From a virus (Duplodnaviria > Caudoviricetes), in IMG/VR virus record IMGVR_UViG_3300010966_000080, positions 1 through 58,999 of that record: a stretch of DNA of 58,999 nucleotides; one strand, given 5' to 3'. Of the stretch, positions 16,327 through 25,646 are shown piece after piece. The stretch's first letter is position 1, and the number at the start of each line of letters is the position of its first letter. The notes beneath the pieces were generated by a model. That model worked only from the letters and a program-made list of their open reading frames with translations, made no database searches and was not told the DNA's origin. The position numbers and the translations under genes are program-made.

Positions 16327-18546
16327 ATGGCCACGATGCTTTTCAACAACCTCATCACCTTCAGCCGGGGCACTAACGCCACCCTGACCGGCCCCACCGG
16401 CCTCATCCAGTGGGCACCAAGCAACCTGCTGACCTATTCGGAGCAGTTCGACAACGCGCCGTGGGCTAACACTGTACAAGGCACGGGCGTAGCGGCGACT
16501 GTAACCGCCAACGCTGGCACTGCACCTGATGGCACAGCCACGGCTGATCGGTTGCAATTTAGCCTCGCGGGCGGCACTACCACGAACGACATCACCCGCC
16601 GCCGCCAAGACTTTACGGCGCCCGCAACAACCTATGTTTTCAGCGTCTATTTGAAGACGTTTGATGGGTCTACGCAGACGGTTCACCTCGTCGGCCCGAC
16701 TGGCGCGACGACTAGCGTTGTAGTTACGGGCGACTGGCAACGGTTCTCTGTCAGCGGCGTCAGCACCGGTGGGGTTGTGTCTTACGCCATTGGCCTTCGT
16801 GGCGGATGGACCCCCATTAACTCTAACACTGCTGATGTGCTGGCTTGGGGCGCACAGCTCGAACTAGGCAGCACCGCGACCACGTACAACAGCACGACCG
16901 TCAAGAACCTGTTGGGCTACAGCGAGGCGTTCGACAACGCGGCTTGGACGAAGAGCAACGCGAGCATCGTGACGGGGGCTGCGGCCAACCCGGTCAATGG
17001 CCTGTTCAACGCGCAGAAGCTGATGGTGGATGCGGCTACGACCACACACCGCGCAAGCCAGATCGCCACCACTGCCAACGGCGTCAGCCACACTATGTCG
17101 CTGTATGTTAAAGCGGCTGAATACAGCCGTGTTGGGCTACGTGAAGGCAACTTTTCTGGCGCGTACGCCTCGTTCAATCTGGCTACGGGCGTTTTGATTG
17201 ACCAAGGATCGGGCGGCGTCGGTTCTATTGCTGACCTCGGCAACGGCTGGTTTCGCGTTTCAATGACAAGCGCGTCTGGCGGCGCTACTATGCGGCTTGA
17301 TATTTTTCCGCTACCCGCCAGCTACACAACTGGATCGCCCAGTATTGCCTACACAGGCGACGGCAACAGCGGCATCTACATCTGGGGCGCGCAGCTATCG
17401 GATAGTGGCAGCCTTGACCCCTACGTGCCCACCCCCGGTGCCGCACCGACCTCTGCCGCATACTACGGCCCCCGCTTCGACTACGATCCCGTCACACTAG
17501 CCCCCAAGGGGCTGCTGGTTGAGGAGGCGCGGACGAACTTGCTGACGTACTCGGAGGACATCACCAACGCGGCTTGGATTAAAACACTTTGCACCGTCGT
17601 TGCGAACGGCACTATTTCTCCGGACGGCGCTGCCGATGCTGACAAGGTAACGGACAACAGCGGCAGTGGCACCGAAGTCTCACAAACGGTAACGGTAACT
17701 TCCGGCGCAACGGTCGCAAACAGCCGCTACTTCAAATACATTGACTGCCGTTGGGTTAGGCTAACCATTGGTGATGCAACCAACTTTGTCCGTGGTTGGT
17801 TTGACATTCAAAACGGTGTTGTTGGCGGAACGAGTACCGGCGGCACCGGAACAGGTGCAGTGGTTTCTATCACCCCCTCTGGCAATGGATGGTATCGCTG
17901 CACTTTGATTGGCGCTCTTACCGGCGCTACTTCTTACCCCTGCCTTAGTATGACTGCGCTGGATAACAATACCGCTGCCCGCGTATCTGGCGGCTCTTAC
18001 TTCATCTGGGGCGCGCAGGCAGAAGCCGGAGCCTTCGCCACATCCTACATCCCCACAGTGGCCTCCACTGTCACCCGCTCGGCAGACGTCGCTACGCTGA
18101 CGGGGACGAATTTCGCCCCTTGGTACAACCAGAACGCTGGTACTTTAGTCGTCTCTGCAAGTCAGCCGACGATTTTTGGGCTGTCAAAAACCGCAGCGTC
18201 TGTCAACGATGTGGGTTCTAGTCGGTTCAATATATATCGACAAGCTCTGGGTGGAATTAATGGTTTCGTCACTCCGGGGTCGGGTGCAATCGCCAGCGGG
18301 GTTTCGGCAACTGCTAACACCCCGTGGAAGGCAGTTTTGGCATATACAACAACCGACGGGTATGTTTCGGCCAATGGCGCATCCGTCGTGTCCGGGGCGC
18401 ACACGATCCCGCTTGGAACTCTCAATAACCTGTGCATCGGTAACGCGGCTTCCATCGGAAGTGAGCATTTCAACGGCCACATCCGCTCCGTCACCTACTA
18501 CCCAGATCGGGCATCCAACACCCAGCTACAGAGCATCACGACATGA
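16327..18546 (+). CDS. tail/head fibre with carbohydrate-binding-like modules, paralog 2
   Basis: Same anchor motifs with three NLL.YSE modules. Confidence 0.75.
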   Translation: MATMLFNNLITFSRGTNATLTGPTGLIQWAPSNLLTYSEQFDNAPWANTVQGTGVAATVTANAGTAPDGTATADRLQFSLAGGTTTNDITRRRQDFTAPATTYVFSVYLKTFDGSTQTVHLVGPTGATTSVVVTGDWQRFSVSGVSTGGVVSYAIGLRGGWTPINSNTADVLAWGAQLELGSTATTYNSTTVKNLLGYSEAFDNAAWTKSNASIVTGAAANPVNGLFNAQKLMVDAATTTHRASQIATTANGVSHTMSLYVKAAEYSRVGLREGNFSGAYASFNLATGVLIDQGSGGVGSIADLGNGWFRVSMTSASGGATMRLDIFPLPASYTTGSPSIAYTGDGNSGIYIWGAQLSDSGSLDPYVPTPGAAPTSAAYYGPRFDYDPVTLAPKGLLVEEARTNLLTYSEDITNAAWIKTLCTVVANGTISPDGAADADKVTDNSGSGTEVSQTVTVTSGATVANSRYFKYIDCRWVRLTIGDATNFVRGWFDIQNGVVGGTSTGGTGTGAVVSITPSGNGWYRCTLIGALTGATSYPCLSMTALDNNTAARVSGGSYFIWGAQAEAGAFATSYIPTVASTVTRSADVATLTGTNFAPWYNQNAGTLVVSASQPTIFGLSKTAASVNDVGSSRFNIYRQALGGINGFVTPGSGAIASGVSATANTPWKAVLAYTTTDGYVSANGASVVSGAHTIPLGTLNNLCIGNAASIGSEHFNGHIRSVTYYPDRASNTQLQSITT

Positions 18547-18818
18547 CAGACTACTGCACGAAGAACGTAGACAAGGGCGAGTTTGACACGGTCATGCTGG
18601 CCACGGGCCTGTGCGTAGAGGATGAGGAGGGCAACGTGGTTCCGGCCTCCAGCGGCGTGCTGCTCGACCGCATCGGACCCATTACGATTGGGGAGGTGAC
18701 GTACCCCGAGTATTACGCTAATATCCGCCTGCTGTTTGAACCCAGCGAAGAACAAGTGGCGGTCATTACGCAGTATGCTATCGATCCGTCGCAGCCCCAG
18801 TACCGTAGCTGGCTGTAA
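18543..18818 (+). CDS. small fibre-associated protein
   Basis: ATGA-coupled to the fibre gene; LDRIGPI...Y.ANIRL...P..QYRSW. Confidence 0.65.
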   Translation: MTDYCTKNVDKGEFDTVMLATGLCVEDEEGNVVPASSGVLLDRIGPITIGEVTYPEYYANIRLLFEPSEEQVAVITQYAIDPSQPQYRSWL

Positions 18819-18830
18819 GGAGTACTCGCG

Positions 18831-19448
18831 TTGGCCGACGTCAAGATCACCGACTTCTCCCCCGCCACGACCCCGCTCGCCGGGACCGAGCTGCTTGAGG
18901 TCGTCCAAGGCGGATCCAGCAAGAAGGTCGCCGCCAGCGACATCGGCAACAGCGCCACCGCGCTGCCCTTCTCGTCCCTGTCTGGGCGCGCCTACATCTC
19001 GGCCTACAGCGCCATCGACCAGAGTGGCAGCACCGTCGCCGCCACCGCCGTCCTCATCGGCACGACGGACTTCAGCTCCGGCATCAGCGTAGCCAACAAC
19101 GGCAGCGGCAACCCCACGCGGATCACCTACGCCGTCGCCGGGACGTACATGCTCGCGCCGTCGATCCAGATCGCCAACTCCGCCGCCGCCGACCACGACG
19201 TCACCTTCTGGCTGCGCAAGAACGGCACCGACATCGCCGCCTCGGCGACCGTATTGACCGTCCCGAAGGTCGGAGACGGCGGCGCGGCCTTCTTCCAGTT
19301 CGTGACCTACGTGCAGGTCACGGCGGGCCAGTACATCGAGGTCATGTGGCTGCCGGAGAACGCGGCCGTCACTCTCGACTACATCGCCGCCGGTGCAATC
19401 GCCCCAGCCGCTCCGTCGATCATCATCGCCTCCGAAAGAATAGCGTAA
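18831..19448 (+). CDS. putative structural protein
   Basis: TTG start after AAGGAG; ADVKIT...PLAGTE...VVQGG N-terminus; jelly-roll-like C-terminus. Confidence 0.7.
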   Translation: MADVKITDFSPATTPLAGTELLEVVQGGSSKKVAASDIGNSATALPFSSLSGRAYISAYSAIDQSGSTVAATAVLIGTTDFSSGISVANNGSGNPTRITYAVAGTYMLAPSIQIANSAAADHDVTFWLRKNGTDIAASATVLTVPKVGDGGAAFFQFVTYVQVTAGQYIEVMWLPENAAVTLDYIAAGAIAPAAPSIIIASERIA

Positions 19449-19451
19449 GCC

Positions 19452-19922
19452 ATGTCCGGCTACGACTTCGACGCGCGGTCGCTGCGAGCCAAGCAGGACA
19501 TCGACGACGCCCTCGGCCAGCGCGTGCAACAGCCTGTGACGCAAATGCCACAAGCCATGCCGCAGATGCAGCGGCCCGTGCAGGCCAACCCGCAGATGCA
19601 GCAGCTCATGGCGCGCTACCAGCCGGGTACTCCCGCGACTGCCCCGGCCCGGCAGGCCTTCAGTGAGGGCGGCGGCGTGTGGACGCGCAAGGAGGGCCAG
19701 AACCCCGAGGGCGGCCTCAATGCCGCCGGGCGCGCGTCTCTGCGGGCTCAGGGCCACGACATCAAGCCGCCTGTCAGCGCGAAGCAGGCGGCGAAGTCAC
19801 CAAAGGCCGCAGGCCGCCGGAAGAGCTTCTGCGCTCGGATGGGCGGCATGGAGGGTCCGATGAAAGACGAAAATGGCAAACCAACCCGCAAGGCGCTCGC
19901 GCTGCGCAAGTGGGACTGTTGA
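19452..19922 (+). CDS. hypothetical protein (DUF6321-like basic C-terminus)
   Basis: WTRKEGQNPEGGLN..GR and RRKSFCARM...ALRKWDC. Confidence 0.65.
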   Translation: MSGYDFDARSLRAKQDIDDALGQRVQQPVTQMPQAMPQMQRPVQANPQMQQLMARYQPGTPATAPARQAFSEGGGVWTRKEGQNPEGGLNAAGRASLRAQGHDIKPPVSAKQAAKSPKAAGRRKSFCARMGGMEGPMKDENGKPTRKALALRKWDC

Positions 19923-19935
19923 GAAGGTCACGACG

Positions 19936-20394
19936 ATGGACGGTTTCAAGGACAGCACCAAGACCCGGTACGCCAAGGGCGGATCCTGCTACGCCAAGGG
20001 CGGCAGCGTGATGAAGAAGGCCAACGGCGGCATGGTCGCACAGGACGCCAGCGCACGCCGCGTCCGCGCCGAAGAGGCAGGCGAGGACGCCATCATGGGC
20101 ATGCCGCGCGCCAAGGGCGACGACTTCCGCAAAAAGCGCGGTATCGAGGTGACCAAGACCACGGTCCGCGAGCTCGACCCGCGCAGCGCGGTCATGGCCG
20201 GGGACACCCTCGGCAAGCGGCTCTCGCGGCCTGTCTCGCGCGAGGAGATGGCGCAGGCCGCCCGCTCGAAGGGCTCGTTCCGCAACACCCCGCTGATCGG
20301 CGGCGCCCTCGGCACCGTGCGCGACGTCATCAAGGAGGCCACCGGCTTCAAGAAGGGCGGCCTCGCCGCCATGCCTCGCGGCAAGAAGGGCTGA
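19936..20394 (+). CDS. basic protein with repeated (Y/F)xKGG motifs
   Basis: YAKGG x2, KANGG, FKKGG. Confidence 0.65.
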   Translation: MDGFKDSTKTRYAKGGSCYAKGGSVMKKANGGMVAQDASARRVRAEEAGEDAIMGMPRAKGDDFRKKRGIEVTKTTVRELDPRSAVMAGDTLGKRLSRPVSREEMAQAARSKGSFRNTPLIGGALGTVRDVIKEATGFKKGGLAAMPRGKKG

Positions 20395-20404
20395 CCCCTC
20401 GCCA

Positions 20405-20433
20405 TTTACGCCACACCCCCGGTGTGGTAGTAT
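20405..20433 (+). promoter_or_regulatory. putative sigma70 promoter
   Basis: TTTACG-17-TAGTAT; the spacer is an inverted repeat CCACAC...GTGTGG. Confidence 0.5.
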
Positions 20434-20463
20434 TTTGAAAACCTACACGGGAACCTGATTGCC

Positions 20464-20868
20464 ATGGCCAATGCGCTGTACCCAACTTGGAAGGCTGCAC
20501 TTCTCCAGTTCAGCACGAACAACAACCTGTCGGCGGGCACCGTGAAGGTGGCTCTGGTCGACACCGGCGTGTACACGTACAATGCCGCCGATCAGTTCTA
20601 CACGTCGGTCTCGGCCGCCGTAGTCGGCACGCCACAGACCATCGGCACGAAGACCTTCACCGGCGGCGTGTTCGACGGCGCGGACGTCACGTTCACTGCC
20701 GTCACGGGCAACTCGGTCGAGGCCCTCGTGCTGTACGTCGACACCGGCACGGCTGGCACGTCGCCTCTGGTGGCCTACATCGACACGTCGGTGACCGGCC
20801 TGCCGGTGACACCGAATGGCGGCGACATCTCGATTACATGGAACGTTTCAGGTATATTTAGTTTGTAA
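20464..20868 (+). CDS. putative structural protein
   Basis: MANALY...VFDGADVTF...LVAYID...LPVTPNGGDI.I.W...GIF. Confidence 0.7.
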   Translation: MANALYPTWKAALLQFSTNNNLSAGTVKVALVDTGVYTYNAADQFYTSVSAAVVGTPQTIGTKTFTGGVFDGADVTFTAVTGNSVEALVLYVDTGTAGTSPLVAYIDTSVTGLPVTPNGGDISITWNVSGIFSL

Positions 20869-20888
20869 GCCCTCTGAGGGAGTAGCCG

Positions 20889-21866
20889 GTGGCGCTCAAG
20901 CACGCATTTGTCAGCGGTAAGACCGACGGGGCGGACGCCACACAAGTCCAGCCCTCCAACTGGAATGCGTCGCACACCATCGACACCGACGGCGTCACCA
21001 TCCCGGCCAACGCCACCGCCCCGGCGTCGCCCGCCGCCGACAACGTCACGCTCTTCTGCACCGAGATCGCCAACCGGGCGATGCCCGCATTTGTCGGCCC
21101 CTCCGGCCTTGACAGCGCCCTGCAGCCGCTACTCGCGCGCAATAAGGTGTCGTTCTGGAACCCGCCGGGCAATGCGACCACCGCCCCCGGCGTATTCGGC
21201 TTCGGCACGCTCACTATCGTGTCGAATGCGGGCACGACTTTCACCGCGCGCAACGTCGCCGCGACCAACGTGCTCACGCGCATGAAGCGCGTCGCCGTGG
21301 TCAGCACCGCGACGGCGGGCACGCTGGGCAGCCTGCGCGATCCTGCCGCGCAGTACACCGTCGGCACCGGCTCGGGTCTCGGCGGCTTCCACTTCGTCGC
21401 CCGCTTCGCCACCTCAGACGCCGCCACGGTGGCGGGCGCGCGGGCCTTCGTCGGCATGAGTTCGGCGACCACCGCGCCGACCAACGTCGAGCCGTCCACC
21501 CTCACCAACTCCATCGGCGTGGCGCAGCTCTCGACCGACGCCACCCAGTGGTACCTCGTCTACGGCGGCAGCGCGGCCCAGACCGCTATCGCCCTCGGCA
21601 CCGGGCTGGGCGCCCCGACACTGACCACCACCGCCTTCGAACTGGCGCTGTTCTGTGCCCCGTCGGCCAACGGCGTCGTCCACTACGAGGTGCTCAACAT
21701 CGGCACCGGCGTCACGGTAGTGGGCACGATCACCCCCGGCACGCCCGGCGTGCAGACGCCCGCGAACACGACCCTGCTCGCACCGCGCTTCTGGCGCACC
21801 AACAACGCCACCGGCGCGGTCATCGGCTTGGACATTTGCTCGCTCTACATCGAGACTGACCAGTGA
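20889..21866 (+). CDS. putative fibre/structural protein
   Basis: LKHAFVSGK.DG.D...V.PS.WNA.H N-terminal anchor; T/A/G-rich. Confidence 0.65.
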   Translation: MALKHAFVSGKTDGADATQVQPSNWNASHTIDTDGVTIPANATAPASPAADNVTLFCTEIANRAMPAFVGPSGLDSALQPLLARNKVSFWNPPGNATTAPGVFGFGTLTIVSNAGTTFTARNVAATNVLTRMKRVAVVSTATAGTLGSLRDPAAQYTVGTGSGLGGFHFVARFATSDAATVAGARAFVGMSSATTAPTNVEPSTLTNSIGVAQLSTDATQWYLVYGGSAAQTAIALGTGLGAPTLTTTAFELALFCAPSANGVVHYEVLNIGTGVTVVGTITPGTPGVQTPANTTLLAPRFWRTNNATGAVIGLDICSLYIETDQ

Positions 21867-22021
21867 CGTACACGATCATCCTCGACGAGGGCGTGGTCCT
21901 CCGCGACAGTGACGGGGCGCAGGTCGCTCCCTGTCAGTCGGACCACGATCCCGACTTCGTGGCGTACAATGCGTGGGTTGAGGCGGGCGGCGAGCCGACG
22001 ATCCTAGACACTAGGAGCTAG
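21863..22021 (+). CDS. small fibre-chaperone-like protein (52 aa)
   Basis: GTGA overlap; V.RDSDGA...D.DF.AY.AW..AGG.P. Confidence 0.6.
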   Translation: MTYTIILDEGVVLRDSDGAQVAPCQSDHDPDFVAYNAWVEAGGEPTILDTRS

Positions 22022-22023
22022 TC

Positions 22024-23007
22024 GTGGCCGCGTTTGACGCAGGCGCATTTGACGCAGGCGCATTTGACGTCACCGCCGGGCCGTCCACCCAGACGCTCAC
22101 GCAGACGGCGCGCTTCAACAACTCGAACACCTTCTACACGCCGACGGTGACGCGCGGCGCGAGGGTGCTGACCCCGGCGCGCTACACCAACACGAACGCC
22201 TTCTACGCGCCGACGGTCACGCGCAGCACCACCCTGTCGCCCGCACGCTTCAACAACGCGAACACCTTCTACTCGGCGACGGTGGCGCGGGGCGTGAGGG
22301 TGCTCACGCCCGCACGCTTCAACAACGCGAATGCCTTCTACACACCGACGGTGACGCGCGGTGTGAGGGTGCTCACCCCGGCTCGGTACACCAACACCAA
22401 CACCTTCTACCCGGCGGCGATCACGCGCAGCACCACCCTGTCGCCCGCGCGCTACACCAACTCGAACACCTTCTACCCGGCGACCGTCCTGCGCGGCGCG
22501 AGGGTGTTGACCCCGGCGCGCTACACCAACGCGAGTGTCTTCTACTCGCCGACCGTGCTCAGGGGTGCCCGCGTGCTCACCCCGGCCCTCTACACCAACG
22601 CGAACACTTTCTACCCGGCGACCGTCCTGCGCGGATCTCGCGTGCTCACCCCGGCGCGCTACACCAACGCGAACACCTTCTACTCGGCGACGGTGACACA
22701 AGGCACGGCGACGGTGGTGCTCTCACCGGCGCGCTACGACAACACGAGCGTCTTCTACTCGCCGACGGTGGTCGACCCGCCGAGCTCCCGTGTCCTGCTT
22801 CCGGCGCGCTACGACAACGCGAGCGTCTTCTACTCACCGACGGTGCTGCTCTTCCCGTGGAACCCGAACACCAATCGGCAGCCGTACGGGCAGGTGTCAT
22901 ATGCGCCGCGCGCGGCGCTGTCCGTAGGCCCCGAGGCCGCTGCTCCGCCATTCCCGCCGAACCACACGCAGCCCCGGCAGCCGCTTCCACCCCCTCCGGT
23001 GGTGTAG
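22024..23007 (+). CDS. repeat-containing structural protein
   Basis: AFDAGAFDAGAFD followed by 11 repeats of about 22-23 aa L(T/S)PAR(Y/F)xNxxxFYxxTV. Confidence 0.75.
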   Translation: MAAFDAGAFDAGAFDVTAGPSTQTLTQTARFNNSNTFYTPTVTRGARVLTPARYTNTNAFYAPTVTRSTTLSPARFNNANTFYSATVARGVRVLTPARFNNANAFYTPTVTRGVRVLTPARYTNTNTFYPAAITRSTTLSPARYTNSNTFYPATVLRGARVLTPARYTNASVFYSPTVLRGARVLTPALYTNANTFYPATVLRGSRVLTPARYTNANTFYSATVTQGTATVVLSPARYDNTSVFYSPTVVDPPSSRVLLPARYDNASVFYSPTVLLFPWNPNTNRQPYGQVSYAPRAALSVGPEAAAPPFPPNHTQPRQPLPPPPVV

Positions 23008-23024
23008 CAGGCGCGCGCCTTGCG

Positions 23025-23053
23025 TTTACATCGCGCGGCGCATTTGCTATCGT
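23025..23053 (+). promoter_or_regulatory. putative sigma70 promoter
   Basis: TTTACA-17-TATCGT in an intergenic gap. Confidence 0.45.
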
Positions 23054-23102
23054 GAGGGTGTAATAGAGGCTTGCTGTCGTTTGCGAGCTGCTACTCCCCT
23101 AT

Positions 23103-24104
23103 GTGAGCAGCACCCCAGTGGCGTATTCTGGCACCATTTCGCAGACGAACTTTAACACCCGCAAGGTCATCGAGAATGCCGTGCGTCGGTGCAAGGTGCC
23201 TGCGCAAAGCCTCACCGCCGAACACGTCGACATCGCCAACGACCAGCTCTTCCTCCTCCTCAGCGATCTGGCCAACCAAGGCACGCCGCTCTGGTGCATC
23301 CAGAAAAGCATCTACCCGCTCTACGAGGGCAACTCCCAGATCGTCACCTACGAGGGCACGGTAGACATCCTGAACAGCAACCTGCGCTCGCTGCAGCAGG
23401 TCTCAGGCACCAATACCGACCTGCCCGCATCCCGCACCGTCGCCTTCGACAGCACCACGGCGGTCACCACCGTCGGCATCAAGTGGTCGGCCACGTCAGT
23501 GCCCGTGGCGCTGCAGCGCAGCGATGACGGCGTCACTTGGACAACCATCCAGACCGAGGTGCCCTCGGCCACCACAGGCCAGTGGACGTGGTTCGATCTG
23601 GCCACCAGCATCGCGTCGCTCTACTTCCGTGTGCTGGCCGCCACTGGCACGCTGTCCTTCGACCAGATCTACCTCGGCAACACGCCGACGGAGATCCCGC
23701 TGGCGCGCATGAACCGCGACGACTACACGAACCTGCCGAACAAATCCTTCCAGTCGAACCGCCCCCTGCAATACTGGCTCGACAGGCAAGTCCAGTCGCC
23801 GGTGATGAACCTGTGGCCGGTCCCCAATGCCGCCGCATCGGTCCAGCAGATCGTAGTCTGGGCGCAGCGCCACATCATGGACGTGGGCACCATGACCCAG
23901 CAGATCGAGGTGCCGCAGCGGTGGTACGAGGCCATCGTGTCCATGCTCGCCGCCAAGATGGCCATGGAGCTGGAGATGGTCGACCCGCAGCTCATACCGA
24001 TCCTCGACGCCAAGGCCGCGCAGGCGCTCTACGTCGCGCAGGCAGAAGAGCGCGACAACTCGCCGATGATGATCGCGCCCAACATTTCGATGTACACCCG
24101 CTAA
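23103..24104 (+). CDS. head-tail connector/adaptor-like protein
   Basis: SGT..FN...IE.A..RC...L.N.G..LW; RDDY.NLPNK....RP.QYW.DRQ; P.RWYEAI. Confidence 0.65.
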   Translation: MSSTPVAYSGTISQTNFNTRKVIENAVRRCKVPAQSLTAEHVDIANDQLFLLLSDLANQGTPLWCIQKSIYPLYEGNSQIVTYEGTVDILNSNLRSLQQVSGTNTDLPASRTVAFDSTTAVTTVGIKWSATSVPVALQRSDDGVTWTTIQTEVPSATTGQWTWFDLATSIASLYFRVLAATGTLSFDQIYLGNTPTEIPLARMNRDDYTNLPNKSFQSNRPLQYWLDRQVQSPVMNLWPVPNAAASVQQIVVWAQRHIMDVGTMTQQIEVPQRWYEAIVSMLAAKMAMELEMVDPQLIPILDAKAAQALYVAQAEERDNSPMMIAPNISMYTR

Positions 24105-24331
24105 TGCCTGTCTTCCTCGACACGCGCGGCAAGAGCACGCTGGCCATCGGCATCTGCGGCCGGTGCTCGCGCAAGTTCAGCCTCGACGACCTCTACAGCG
24201 ACCCGAATTACTCCGGGCTCAAAGTTTGCAAAGACGACCGCGACCAGTACGACCCCTACCGCCTACCGGCCCGGCAGCCGGAGCAGATCGCGCTGAAGTT
24301 CGCGCGGCCTGACACCCCGCTGGGGTCGTAA
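24104..24331 (+). CDS. small Cys-containing protein
   Basis: TAATG coupling; AIGICGRC...GLKVC...D.YDP. Confidence 0.7.
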   Translation: MPVFLDTRGKSTLAIGICGRCSRKFSLDDLYSDPNYSGLKVCKDDRDQYDPYRLPARQPEQIALKFARPDTPLGS

Positions 24332-24452
24332 CCGTGGCCGCCGTAACACTGCAGCCTGTGCCTTGCGCCCAAGGCTGCGTGGCGATGCCAGTCGCCTCGC
24401 GTGCTCCCGTGGCGCTGGCATCGTTCCCTTCCCGCAATACCAAGGACCGCCC

Positions 24453-24815
24453 ATGATTGAGCAGCTCATCAGCCGGGTGTTCTACGCCCGCAACGTGGCC
24501 CACTTCGAACACTGGCGCGCCAAGGGCGACGGCAGCTTCGCCAAACACATGGCGCTGGGCGAGTTCTACGACGGCGTCATCGACGCGCTCGACGCGCTCG
24601 TCGAAGCCCATCAGGGCGCGTTCAGCCTCATCGGCAACATCCCGGCACCGGAGACGCCCAAGGGCGACGTGCTGAAGCTGCTCGAGGTGGACGCGGAGTG
24701 GATCGAGGAGAACCACGAGGCTGTCTGCCAAGGCAACCGCGCCGTGGCCAACCTGATCGACACCCTCACCGGGGTATACCTCAGCGCGATCTACAAACTG
24801 CGCAACCTCAAGTGA
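24453..24815 (+). CDS. ferritin/Dps-like four-helix protein (DUF5856-like)
   Basis: AH..HW....SFA.H.ALG.FYD.....D.LVEA.QG...YKL.NL. Confidence 0.7.
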   Translation: MIEQLISRVFYARNVAHFEHWRAKGDGSFAKHMALGEFYDGVIDALDALVEAHQGAFSLIGNIPAPETPKGDVLKLLEVDAEWIEENHEAVCQGNRAVANLIDTLTGVYLSAIYKLRNLK

Positions 24816-24830
24816 AAAGGACCGGGGGGA

Positions 24831-25001
24831 ATGAATACTGTGGATAAGACCGAAGCGCGCCTCGCCACACACGAGGAAGTATGCGCGCTTCGCTATGAGA
24901 GCATATGTGCGCGGCTGAAGCGCCTCGAGGGCGTCGGCTTGGCCGTCGCCGGGGCGGTGATCGCGCTGCTCATCAAAATCGCTTTTCAGGTTGGAGGGTG
25001 A
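24831..25001 (+). CDS. small membrane protein, lysis-associated
   Basis: RL..HE.VCA.RY..I..RL.RLE plus C-terminal TM segment; just before the endolysin. Confidence 0.65.
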   Translation: MNTVDKTEARLATHEEVCALRYESICARLKRLEGVGLAVAGAVIALLIKIAFQVGG

Positions 25002-25002
25002 C

Positions 25003-25428
25003 ATGCCCGCACTTGGCGCAGTGAAGTTCCTCACCGTGCATTGCGCGGCCACGCCCGAGGGGCGGCACGTCACGCACGCCCAGATCACGGAGTGGGACAA
25101 GGCGAAGTTCGGCCAGACGTCGTACCACTGGGTCGTCGAGCTCGACGGCACGATGCACCGCACGTTGCGGGACGACCAGAAGGGCGCGCACGTCGGCAAG
25201 AACAACAGCGGCAACATCGGCATCTGCTACATCGGCGGGGTGGACAAGAACCTCAACCCCAAGGACACGCGCACCGTGGCGCAAAAGAAGTCGCTCCTGA
25301 CGCTCATCCGGACGTACAAGGAGCGCTACCCCGGCATCCTCATTCGCGGCCACCGCGACTGGCCGGGGGTAAATAAGGCGTGCCCGAGCTTCGATGTCGA
25401 CGCTTGGCTCGCCGAAACAGGAGACTGA
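25003..25428 (+). CDS. endolysin, N-acetylmuramoyl-L-alanine amidase (T7 lysozyme-like)
   Basis: VHCAAT, YHWVV..DG, GAHV...NS.NIGICYIGG, GHRD....KACPSFDV. Confidence 0.92.
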   Translation: MPALGAVKFLTVHCAATPEGRHVTHAQITEWDKAKFGQTSYHWVVELDGTMHRTLRDDQKGAHVGKNNSGNIGICYIGGVDKNLNPKDTRTVAQKKSLLTLIRTYKERYPGILIRGHRDWPGVNKACPSFDVDAWLAETGD

Positions 25429-25430
25429 GT

Positions 25431-25610
25431 ATGGCTAAGATCCTCAAGTGGCTCGGCAAGCGCGCCAAGGAACGCACGACCTACACCGGCGTCGCCGTCG
25501 TCGCGTCGGTCCTCGGCGCGCAGAAGCTCGGCGTGCAGATCGACCAGATTGGTCAGGCTGTCGCCCTGATCCTCGGCGGTGGCTTGATTGGCACACAATC
25601 CAGCGACTGA
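25431..25610 (+). CDS. putative holin
   Basis: 59 aa; R.KE.TT..G plus two hydrophobic stretches; follows the endolysin. Confidence 0.55.
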   Translation: MAKILKWLGKRAKERTTYTGVAVVASVLGAQKLGVQIDQIGQAVALILGGGLIGTQSSD

Positions 25611-25646
25611 TGTGCTGCGGCACGAAACGTGATATAGGGGCGCCCT

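Noticed and set aside
14466-18546. Diversity-generating retroelement or invertible shufflon acting on the fibre genes
   Set aside because: No reverse transcriptase or invertase seen; the repeats are direct and differences are not confined to adenines.
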